Positions 1-6,761 of a stretch of DNA of 12,223 nt are shown here, piece after piece; the first letter of the stretch is position 1; each line of letters starts with the position of its first letter. The stretch comes from an uncultured Deinococcales bacterium. GTDB lineage: Bacteria; Deinococcota; Deinococci; Deinococcales; JAAFIG01. Under the pieces are notes generated by a model that worked only from the letters and a program-made list of their open reading frames with translations, did not search any database and had not been told where the DNA came from. The position numbers and the translations under genes were made by a program. The stretch covers positions 1 to 12,223 of the forward strand of contig CAXTKV010000055.1 of assembly GCA_964244895.1 (NCBI GenBank), in the 5' to 3' direction.

Positions 1-56
1 ACCTGACGGCGGTCTTAGACCAGGCGCACGTCGGTACGGTCTGGCTGGAATCGTTT

Positions 57-350
57 TTAATGCTGCCTCAGGGCTTCGAGCACCGTGCGCGGATGCCTGG
101 CCGCGACCCGCAGCAAGGTCCGGGCCGCGCCCGTCGGCTTGCGCCGCCCCTGCTCCCAGCTCTCGAGCGTGCGCTCCGAGACGCCCATTACCGCCGCGAA
201 GTCCGAGCGGGAGAGTTTGAGCTTCTGGCGTACCTCGAGCACGTCAATCGGGGAGAGCATCGTCACCCGTGAGGGTTTCAGCTCGCCCTTCGAGATTTTC
301 ACGGCTTGATTGAGGCTTTCGACCAGTTCGCCGAACAGTTCTTTGTCCAC
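57..350 (-). CDS. higA: HigA-type Xre/Cro HTH antitoxin (97 aa)
   Basis: C-terminal half of ORF 57..671: MDKELFGELVESLNQA...VRQKLKLSRSDFAAVMGVSERTLESWEQGRRKPTGAARTLL, a typical HigA/MqsA-like HTH. Likely start GTG at 350; alternative GTG at 359 overlaps the toxin stop. Lies directly downstream of a RelE-family toxin. Confidence 0.9.
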   Translation of the reverse strand: MDKELFGELVESLNQAVKISKGELKPSRVTMLSPIDVLEVRQKLKLSRSDFAAVMGVSERTLESWEQGRRKPTGAARTLLRVAARHPRTVLEALRQH

Positions 351-355
351 GATCC

Positions 356-664
356 TCACCTGATCTTTCGAACCAAGTCCGCGATGACGCGCTTCTCTGC
401 AGGCGTCAAGTTGTCTTTTCGGTTCTTCGCGTAGGCCAAGAGCAAGTAAACCCGTTCCGGTCTTTGAACGTAGATCACGCGGATGCCGCCGCTCTTGCCG
501 CGTCCCTCGAGTCCCCATCTGAGTTTGCGCGCGCCGTTCGTGCCCTGGATGACCGCGCCCGCTTCGGGGTGCTCTAAGAGCGCATTCTGGAAAGCGCGGT
601 AGTTTTCTGGCGTGAGGAGTTGATCGATCTGTCGCGTGAAGATGGGCGTCTCGATGAATTCCAC
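356..664 (-). CDS. higB: RelE/HigB-family mRNA interferase toxin
   Basis: MEFIETPIFTRQI...PEAGAVIQGTNGARKLRW...GRGKSGGIRVIY...LLLAYAKNRKDNLT matches the HigB2-like RelE pattern. Toxin-first gene order with an HTH antitoxin. Confidence 0.92.
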   Translation of the reverse strand: MEFIETPIFTRQIDQLLTPENYRAFQNALLEHPEAGAVIQGTNGARKLRWGLEGRGKSGGIRVIYVQRPERVYLLLAYAKNRKDNLTPAEKRVIADLVRKIR

Positions 665-673
665 GCTTCACAG

Positions 674-702
674 AGACTACTACAGCGTCGTAGTTCCGTC
701 AA
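674..702 (-). promoter_or_regulatory. sigma70-type promoter of higBA with candidate operator
   Basis: Minus strand TTGACG (702-697), N17, TAGTCT (679-674). Inverted repeat ACTAC-N6-GTAGT (679-694) lies in the spacer. Confidence 0.75.
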
Positions 703-745
703 TGTGCGGCTTCGAAGCTGACGGTGTTCTGACATTGCGCGAGCG

Positions 746-786
746 GTCGTGATTGACCCACCCGCGCGCCGGACGCCCTCAGCCAC
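746..786 (-). pseudogene. possible 5' remnant of a second mazF
   Basis: A GTG overlapping the end of the downstream antitoxin reads MAEGVRR, then after a frameshift WVNHD. This resembles the PemK/MazF N-terminal RRG-x-I-x-WVNLDP motif. The GCGTGGC junction is the same as at the intact mazE-mazF boundary. Confidence 0.3.
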
Positions 787-1006
787 GCAAGCCGTCCGCG
801 CCCGTGAAGGCCCACCAGTCTGCGTCAGCCTGTTGGTCGGGGTCTTTTGCCGCCGCCGCGAATTCGGATCGAAGGTCGGCCCGGCGCAACTCGCGGATGG
901 CCTTCTCGAGGGCTTGGGAGCGGGTTTTGAGGCCGTGCCGTTGCCGGTAGCGTTCGAGGAAGCCGATGAGTTCGGTGTCGAGGTTGGCGCTTATCTTGAC
1001 CCTCAC
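779..1006 (-). CDS. mazE: RHH (CopG-like) MazE-type antitoxin, downstream copy
   Basis: KISANLD...FLERY...RSQALEKAIRELR RHH pattern with an acidic W-containing tail ending ADGL. GTGA overlap with the mazF stop. Confidence 0.8.
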   Translation of the reverse strand: MRVKISANLDTELIGFLERYRQRHGLKTRSQALEKAIRELRRADLRSEFAAAAKDPDQQADADWWAFTGADGLRG

Positions 1007-1347
1007 AGTCCGAGATGCACCCGCAGCTTCTCGTCCATCACCGCCATCAAATCCTCAGGCACGAAGCCGATGGGCTTGATCAAGCGGCTGACATGCGTGG
1101 CCCGCAACGCTTCGACTTGCGCCTTGCTGTCATGATCCAGCCCCGTGCGGTTCAAGGGCAAGAGCACGTTGGTGACGTACATCTTCTCGGTATTGCTGGT
1201 CAAGGGCACGGTCATCAGCAGGTGCGTGTTGGCGTTGGCGGCGTTGTTCGTCACGATCACGCCCGGATGCACCTGGGCCGCCTCGCCCTCTCGCCCGTCC
1301 GGTCGGTAGTTGATCAGGTAGATGTCGCCCCGCCGAATCAACGCCAC
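1003..1347 (-). CDS. mazF: PemK/MazF-family endoribonuclease toxin
   Basis: IRRGDIYLINY...GEAAQVHPGVIVTNNAAN...VPLTSN...GLDHDSKAQVEALRA...MDEKLRVHLGL, a typical PemK fold. The usual R of the RP motif is H here. Confidence 0.93.
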   Translation of the reverse strand: MALIRRGDIYLINYRPDGREGEAAQVHPGVIVTNNAANANTHLLMTVPLTSNTEKMYVTNVLLPLNRTGLDHDSKAQVEALRATHVSRLIKPIGFVPEDLMAVMDEKLRVHLGL

Positions 1348-1592
1348 GCCTGATCCTCGAGGTTCAGCCCGTCCGTGTTCTCGCTCGGGTAGACCTCCAG
1401 GCCCTCGCGTTGCGCCCGCCCGAGTTCCTCGTAGCCGCGTTGCAATTCTCGCTGACGCAGCGCCTGGATCGCCTCAACCAGGGCGGCACTGCGCGACTCG
1501 AGGGCGTGGTCTCGCTGGTAGGTCTCGAGGAACGAGAGCAACTCGACGGGGATGGTGGCGCTCAAGCGTGCAGCATTCGTATCACTTCTCAT
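1338..1592 (-). CDS. mazE: RHH MazE-type antitoxin, upstream copy
   Basis: RLSATIP...FLETY...SRSAALVEAIQALR RHH pattern with an acidic tail containing TDGL. Overlaps the mazF start. Confidence 0.85.
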   Translation of the reverse strand: MRSDTNAARLSATIPVELLSFLETYQRDHALESRSAALVEAIQALRQRELQRGYEELGRAQREGLEVYPSENTDGLNLEDQAWR

Positions 1593-1598
1593 GCGCTC

Positions 1599-1607
1599 AG
1601 TTTATCA
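1599..1607 (-). promoter_or_regulatory. extended -10 for a leaderless mazE-mazF-mazE transcript
   Basis: TGaTAAACT followed by exactly 6 nt (gagcgc) and then the ATG at 1592. No Shine-Dalgarno. Confidence 0.7.
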
Positions 1608-1688
1608 TACTATTCGTCTTATCGATGCTGATCCCCCAGTTCTCAGATACGTTGAGCCATTTCATCTCGCTTGGTATGTACTACTTTG

Positions 1689-1710
1689 TGCTACTCTCTT
1701 GGTATAGGAG
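1689..1710 (+). promoter_or_regulatory. extended -10 and RBS for vapBC
   Basis: TGcTACTCT (1689-1697) and AGGAG (1706-1710), 6 nt before the ATG at 1717. Confidence 0.55.
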
Positions 1711-1716
1711 AACCTT

Positions 1717-1992
1717 ATGCCGCACACCCCCGACACCATCGAGGGCACGATCAGCCCCAAGCACCAAATCACCATCCCTGCCGCGATGCGCGACGCGCTC
1801 GGCTTGCGCCCCGGCGACAAGATCGAATTCCGACTCGAGACTGGCAACGTGCTCGAGTTGCGGGTGAAACGACCCAAACCCTCCGAGACCATCGCCGCGA
1901 TCCTCAAGCAGTTCGATATCAGCGCCCTCCAGGCTGAAACGAACAACGACGCTGTAGCCGCTGTCCGTGAATCCCGCTGGGACGACGAGTGA
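1717..1992 (+). CDS. vapB: AbrB/MazE/SpoVT-family antitoxin (VapB)
   Basis: TISPKHQITIPAAMRDALGLRPGDKIEFRLE, the swapped-hairpin signature. GTGA overlap with the PIN gene. Confidence 0.92.
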   Translation: MPHTPDTIEGTISPKHQITIPAAMRDALGLRPGDKIEFRLETGNVLELRVKRPKPSETIAAILKQFDISALQAETNNDAVAAVRESRWDDE

Positions 1993-2393
1993 TTTCTTTG
2001 GACACGAACCTGGTCCTAAGCGCCCTCAACCCGAACGATGCCAACCACGCTCGAGCCTTGAGTGCTCTGGATACTCACAGTCAACAAGCACTGTGCATTT
2101 GTCCCGTGGTTCGCGCCGAATTGCGAGCCTCCGGTTCCTGGCCTGCGATTGACGCCTGGCTGACCTTGCAAGGTGTCAGCATTCTCTGGGAGATGCCTGA
2201 ATCGGTTTGGGACGCAGCCGGTCAAGCCTTCGGTCAGTACGCCGTATTGCGCCGAGATGGAAGTGTCCCGAGGCGGATCGTGGCCGACTTCCTGATCGCC
2301 GCCCATGCTGACCATCACAACCTCGAGATGCTGACCTTCGATGACACGGTGTTCAAAGCCGTGTTCTCGAGCGTCACCCTTCTGGCGTGCTAA
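1989..2393 (+). CDS. vapC: PIN-domain VapC toxin
   Basis: LDTNLV, PVVRAEL, ADFLIAAHA and LTFD motifs retain the four acidic PIN residues. Confidence 0.93.
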   Translation: MISLDTNLVLSALNPNDANHARALSALDTHSQQALCICPVVRAELRASGSWPAIDAWLTLQGVSILWEMPESVWDAAGQAFGQYAVLRRDGSVPRRIVADFLIAAHADHHNLEMLTFDDTVFKAVFSSVTLLAC

Positions 2394-2405
2394 CCCCTTT
2401 TCGGC

Positions 2406-2705
2406 TTGAGCGCTCGCTTTAAAAAGCTTAATGCAGGCGTAATGCAGGCAATAGTGGGCCAAGACGCTCTGGATTTAGGTGTCACTTGGGAATTTGTGAG
2501 CGGTAAGGGAAGATTGAATGCTCCTCCGATCCCAGGGCCATTTGCCCAGTTGACCTATACTGCTCCCCCAGCGGCTTGCACGGACAATATCGATTGGAGT
2601 GTCCAAATTCCACTCGCTGTTTTGAAAGCAACGAGTGTTGCAGACCCCACGAAAAGCAGTCCTCTTACGATTTATGGCTATTATGCACCGTGTGGGCCTG
2701 TCTGA
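2406..2705 (+). pseudogene. lower-GC ORF, probable C-terminal fragment of a secreted Ig-like-domain protein
   Basis: GVTW...TYTAP...KATSVADPTKS resembles bacterial Ig-like surface-protein repeats. No signal peptide or convincing start. Visibly more AT-rich than the flanks. Confidence 0.4.
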
Positions 2706-2746
2706 TGGCGGTCGAACAGGCTCGAGCGGACAGCCAGTGCGATTAG

Positions 2747-3223
2747 AGCCACGGCATACGGCTCGACCACGAGCGGCGCGGGCACGTCGCGAAGACCGTC
2801 GGCAGGGACCGGGGGCGGGAGATCGTCGCAATTGTCAACGCGGGCGGCTGGATCCTGCGGGAGTTCGTCGAGCGCAAGCTGCCCCTGCTCGAGTTGCCCG
2901 AGGATCTCAAGGGCCTCGTCAAGCGCGGGGCGCTCGCCCCGACTAAGTCGCTCGTCCTCTGCAAGATCACGAACCCGGACCGCAGGAAGGCGCGAGCCTT
3001 CGAGGTGATTGGCTCGCGGATCAGCCTGCGCGAGTTGCGCGGCCATGGGACGCCGAAGAACGCGCCCGCCTCGAGCCAGCAGGCGGAGTTGGATTGGATT
3101 GCGCTCGAGGTGGCGCGAGCGCTCGGTTTGCGCGTGCGGCTCTCGCCGACGGCGCTGTGCATCGAGTACGGGGCCGGTGAACAGCTCTCCGAGGTGCTCG
3201 AGCGGATCGGCGTGAGCCTGTAG
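2747..3223 (+). pseudogene. parB: N-terminally truncated ParB/Spo0J-like protein (HTH and C-terminal region only)
   Basis: Frame is open from 2747 after an in-frame TAG (2744-2746). EFVERKLPLLELPEDLKGLVKRGALAPTKSLVLCKI...RR...ISLRELR...VARALGLRVRL...IEY...LSEVLERIG resembles the second half of Deinococcus/cyanobacterial ParB. No GERR CTPase motif present. Confidence 0.6.
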
Positions 3224-3253
3224 CCTCGTCTCGCGCCATCGTTCGGATTCGGC

Positions 3254-3541
3254 TCAAGCGCCGTGATCGCGCACGCACGCCTCGTAGGCGAGTTCGTACA
3301 GTCGCCCCTCTGGATCTCGTCGTCGGATCTCGTTGTAGAGGGCGTCCACCCTCCCGTGACATTCGGCCAGCGGGTTCTTGTATGCCTTCGCGGCCTCGAG
3401 GATCATGGCGTAGGTTTCGGCGTAGAGCGCCCCGTCGTGCATCGCCCGAAGCGCCTCGCCGTAGGCCGTCGGTGTATCGGTTTCATCGTCGCCTGGCTGA
3501 GCCTGGAAGCGATTGGGGCGACGTCGAGCCTCGAGGCTCAC
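3254..3541 (-). CDS. hypothetical small helical protein
   Basis: Protein-like C-terminal part (AYGEALRAMHDGALYAETYAMILEAAKAY...LYELAYEACVRDHGA). GTG at 3541 has GGAG upstream. The ORF extends to ATG 3628, but that codon lies inside the palindrome and promoter. Confidence 0.5.
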   Translation of the reverse strand: MSLEARRRPNRFQAQPGDDETDTPTAYGEALRAMHDGALYAETYAMILEAAKAYKNPLAECHGRVDALYNEIRRRDPEGRLYELAYEACVRDHGA

Positions 3542-3623
3542 CGGGGTACGCTCCGAACCGAGGGGCCACAAACGAACATCGTCGGGTGCGTCGGTTGTTG
3601 CGCGGAACCCTCGACTCGAGGAT

Positions 3624-3658
3624 AGCATGAAAGAAAGCTTTCTTTCATGCTTTCTTTC
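3624..3658. repeat. 28-bp perfect palindrome plus direct repeat; candidate centromere/operator
   Basis: AGCATGAAAGAAAG|CTTTCTTTCATGCT (3624-3651). GCTTTCTTTC occurs at 3637-3646 and 3649-3658. Overlaps the stop of the RHH gene. Confidence 0.8.
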
Positions 3659-3950
3659 TTTTGTCGAGGTATTCTCGCAGCGCCTCCGCGACCACGACCT
3701 GCTGCTTGAGGTCGGATTCGGCGCAATAGAGTTTCAATTCCCGGTAGATCGCCCGCGAGAGCCGCGAGTTGAACGGCACGAGGTCGGTGGCGTTCACTGC
3801 TTCGGCGACGGACGCCACCCTCGGCGGCTCCCCGCTGAGCGCAGGCGCTGCGATGCGCGGAGCTTGGACCGAGGGCGACTGGGCCGCATCGGTCATGCGA
3901 TTTTTCATGATCGAGCCGAAGGTGGTCGCGTCGCGCTTGGACGATTTCAC
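3645..3950 (-). CDS. ParG-like RHH centromere-binding adaptor (101 aa)
   Basis: C-terminal part of ORF 3645..4355, starting at GTG 3950 (GTGA overlap with the parA stop). Disordered-looking N-terminus, then VPFNSRLSRAIYRELKLYCAESDLKQQVVVAEALREYL, an RHH pattern. Confidence 0.85.
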   Translation of the reverse strand: MKSSKRDATTFGSIMKNRMTDAAQSPSVQAPRIAAPALSGEPPRVASVAEAVNATDLVPFNSRLSRAIYRELKLYCAESDLKQQVVVAEALREYLDKRKKA

Positions 3951-4495
3951 AGCAGACCCTTCAGCGCCAACTCGTACTCGTCCAGACGCATCGGGTTCTC
4001 GCCGAAGGCCCGGTGGTACTCGGCCCGGTCGGGGATCAGCCCGAGCACCTTGAGGTCCTCGCCCTCGAGAAACTCGCGCATGGCCGGGCCGAGGTTGCCG
4101 CGCGGCACGCGGTTGAGGAGGATGCCCCATCTGCCGCTGGCCGAGAGCGCCTCGAGCGTCGGGATCAGGCGGTCGGCCTCGAGACCGTCCGCGCCCGAGA
4201 CGACGATCACCCGCGTCGCGGATCGGGCCGCCTCGCCGAGGGTTCTCGAGTCGTTGGGGGGCGTGTCGATCACCACGTAGGCGTGGCGCGAGGCCTCGTC
4301 GCGCTGGCGAGCGGTGTAGACCGGGAACGGCAGGGCGTTTTTCTGGCGCGCCCAACTCGCGGCGGAGCCTTCAGGGTCGAGGTCGAGCACGGCCACGTCC
4401 TTACAGCGTTTTTTGAGGATCGCGGCGGTGTGGATGCTGGTGTGCGTCTTGCCGACGCCACCCTTGCGCGAGAGCACAGCGATGATTTCGGTCAT
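3947..4495 (-). CDS. parA: ParA-family Walker ATPase, short type Ib (182 aa)
   Basis: Deviant Walker A KGGVGKT, A' DLDPEG, Walker B VVIDTPP. No N-terminal HTH. Start at ATG 4495. Confidence 0.93.
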   Translation of the reverse strand: MTEIIAVLSRKGGVGKTHTSIHTAAILKKRCKDVAVLDLDPEGSAASWARQKNALPFPVYTARQRDEASRHAYVVIDTPPNDSRTLGEAARSATRVIVVSGADGLEADRLIPTLEALSASGRWGILLNRVPRGNLGPAMREFLEGEDLKVLGLIPDRAEYHRAFGENPMRLDEYELALKGLL

Positions 4496-4501
4496 GTGGT
4501 C

Positions 4502-4532
4502 ATTATACAATACTTTCTTGCAAGAAAGAAAG
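4502..4532 (-). promoter_or_regulatory. leaderless parA promoter with palindromic operator/centromere
   Basis: TATAAT (4507-4502), 6 nt, ATG. Palindrome CTTTCTTG|CAAGAAAG (4513-4528) extends into GAAAGAAAG, the same motif as at 3624-3658. Confidence 0.75.
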
Positions 4533-4884
4533 ATTTCATTCAACAATGCTTTGAATGATTACCATAAGTGAATGGGAAACCAGAGACATGGTGGGGTACG
4601 AGAACCCTCGAGACCGACGCGAGGCGGTTTCTTGGGCCTCACAGCGCGAGACGACAGGGGGACCGCGTGGGACGATAACCGTTTAGTGTCTTGTCCCACT
4701 CAAAAACCTCCATCCGAATACACACAGCAGTCTAGTGTTGGCAGCTTTGCGTCCCAGTCAAGGCTTTCGTACGATTTTGCACAATGACCAATTAAACCGC
4801 GTATATTGGCTGTCCTAAGTTAACTGCACCAGGATCAGTGAAAGGTATCGACTCTCGGCTAGACATTCTGAAAGGTATGTCAAC

Positions 4885-5129
4885 ATGGGCGACAAGAGGC
4901 GGTCTTTGCCAGTATCAGCGATCCTGGGGACGAACGCGGTCCTTGGCAGCCTATTCCTCGGGAGCTTGCGGGTCACCGCACAGACGACCCCAACAGCACG
5001 GGATTCGCTCAGCGAATTCGTCTCGAGTGCCCCAAGCGGCAACCTCGTGGTCCTCGAAGCCCTTGCCGAGCGCGCCACGGCGGGACGTAAGTCCGATCAG
5101 GTCAACAAAATAGTCACCACGGCGTTGAC
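4885..5129 (+). pseudogene. possible 5' remnant of a secreted protein gene
   Basis: MGDKRR, a hydrophobic stretch and VTA|QT resemble a signal peptide. The frame runs head-on into the hen1 3' end. Confidence 0.3.
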
Positions 5130-6539
5130 GGAGAACGCGCCCATCTGGGTCGGCGATCCGAGCACCGGGTCTTCCGTCCCGATCCCGACGAATTCCACAC
5201 CGTAGCCGAAGCGCTTCGCGATCCCTCGCGCCCAGGTCTGAAATTCAAGCCGGGTCCACTCGAAACGGTGATCCTGGTGCCGGAACTGCCCGGCGGGTAG
5301 GGTCTCCCAGGTCGCGTTGAAGTCCGCGTTGGGCGTGGTCACGATCACCGTCGCAGGGCGGACGAACTCGAACGCGACGCGCTCGAGGGCGGCGAGTCGG
5401 GGTGGGTCGAGGTGCTCGATGACCTCGACGAGCGCCGCCGCATCCCACCCCGCGAGCCGTTTATCGCGGTAGGTCAGCGAACCTTGCACCAGCCTGACGC
5501 GGGCGCGTTGGCGTTCGGGCAGCCGCTCGAGATCGAGGCGTTCGCTGGCGGTCTCGAGCGCGCGGTGCGAGACGTCCACGCCCAGAATCTGCTCGAACTG
5601 CCTGTCGCTCAACAGCGCGCGAATCAGCTTGCCCTCGCCGCAGCCGAGGTCGAGCACGCGCCGCGCTCCGCTCGAGCGGAGCGCGGCGGCGACGGCACTG
5701 ATGCGTCGTTCGTTGAGACTGGCGGTTCGCTCGAGCGCAGCCTCTTCCTGAGCGTGCGCCTCGTCGAGTTCGTCCGGGTCGGGTTCGCCAATCATCAGTC
5801 GCGCCGTGAGTTGAGCGTTCGCCGCGCGCTCCAGATCGCGGCGGTGCTTGAGCGAGCGCTTGACGATCTCTTCGCGCTCCGGGTGCGCCTCGAGCCAGCC
5901 CTCGCCGAAGCGCACGAGCTTCTCGACCTCCTCCTCGCCGACCCAGTAGTGCTTGTCGTCGTCCAGCACGGGAATGAGCACGTAGAGGTGGGTCAGCAAG
6001 CTCGAGAGACGCGCGGTCGCCTCGAGCGTGACCGTGTCATAGGCGCTCTCGCCCCAACTCGGGAACCGTTCATCGAGCGCGTGGCGCAGGGCGCTGACGC
6101 GGTAGCCGAGCGGTTCGAACAGACGCCGCAATAAGGCTTCACCTCCCCGGCACGGCAGGGCCGCGATGCGCGCCGTGAGGGGGATGGCGCTGTCCGCCAG
6201 CGCTTGGCGCTCCTTGCTTCGACCCGCCATCGCCTCGCGCAACACGCGCGCGAGCGCGACGGACATGAAGCTCGAGGCGGCGTAGGGGCGGTCGTTGACG
6301 TACTGCTCGAGCCAGCCATCGCCCTGACCCCGACCGCGCACGAGGCCGACCGGATCGACATCGAGCAGCAAGGCCGCCGTGCAGCGCTCGGGCCTCGTTT
6401 CGGGATAGAAGACGTGGGCCTGGCCGAAGCTCAACTCGAACGATTGGGGTCGCGCGGGGTTTTTGTGCAGCAAGAAGCCCAGATCGGTGGCGGGCCAGCT
6501 CGCGTTCGGGGGTGGTGCGGCGGTGATCTCGAGCAGCAT
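5097..6539 (-). CDS. hen1: 3' terminal RNA ribose 2'-O-methyltransferase Hen1 (bacterial RNA repair)
   Basis: N-terminal ligase-activating domain motifs PATDLGFLLHKNP, YVNDRPYAASSFMSVA, LYVLIPVLDDDKHYWVG. C-terminal MTase motifs VLDLGCGEGKL, EVIEHL, TTPN, FRHQDHRFEWTR, SPTQMGAF. RBS GAGG before the ATG. Confidence 0.96.
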   Translation of the reverse strand: MLLEITAAPPPNASWPATDLGFLLHKNPARPQSFELSFGQAHVFYPETRPERCTAALLLDVDPVGLVRGRGQGDGWLEQYVNDRPYAASSFMSVALARVLREAMAGRSKERQALADSAIPLTARIAALPCRGGEALLRRLFEPLGYRVSALRHALDERFPSWGESAYDTVTLEATARLSSLLTHLYVLIPVLDDDKHYWVGEEEVEKLVRFGEGWLEAHPEREEIVKRSLKHRRDLERAANAQLTARLMIGEPDPDELDEAHAQEEAALERTASLNERRISAVAAALRSSGARRVLDLGCGEGKLIRALLSDRQFEQILGVDVSHRALETASERLDLERLPERQRARVRLVQGSLTYRDKRLAGWDAAALVEVIEHLDPPRLAALERVAFEFVRPATVIVTTPNADFNATWETLPAGQFRHQDHRFEWTRLEFQTWARGIAKRFGYGVEFVGIGTEDPVLGSPTQMGAFSVNAVVTILLT

Positions 6540-6761
6540 GGTTTCCTCGAAGGACGGTCAGTCGTCTCCCGAGTCTCGCACGAGTCCAGACGAATAAAAG
6601 CGCGACGCGCAGGCCCGGTGAGGCGCGCGAGGGTGTGGCCCCCGGTAAAACACGCTGTGGTGCTCCAGATACGCGGCCAGGACGGGGTTCTCGAGGCACC
6701 ACAGACGATAAACGCCTGGCGCACTCGGTGAGTGTTGATTTGAACAGCTGAACGGAAGCGG

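Noticed and set aside
360..671. N-terminal extension of the 204-aa ORF 57..671
   Set aside because: It overlaps higB in another frame, has an Arg-rich shadow composition, and its GTG lies only 2 nt from the -10 box.
3951..4355. N-terminal extension of the 236-aa ORF 3645..4355
   Set aside because: It is an alternative frame of parA. The real gene most likely starts at the GTGA overlap at 3950.
4496..4546. Longer ParA start (MLNEIFLSCKKVLYNDH)
   Set aside because: It runs through the promoter and operator. ATG 4495 fits the leaderless pattern and the Walker A position.
6558..6761. 67 open codons in frame after the PIN TAG stop (includes PSAPGVYRLW), suggesting readthrough or a GIY-YIG fragment
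   Set aside because: No start codon, the PIN domain is already complete, no YIG motif follows, and open stretches of this length are common in GC-rich DNA.
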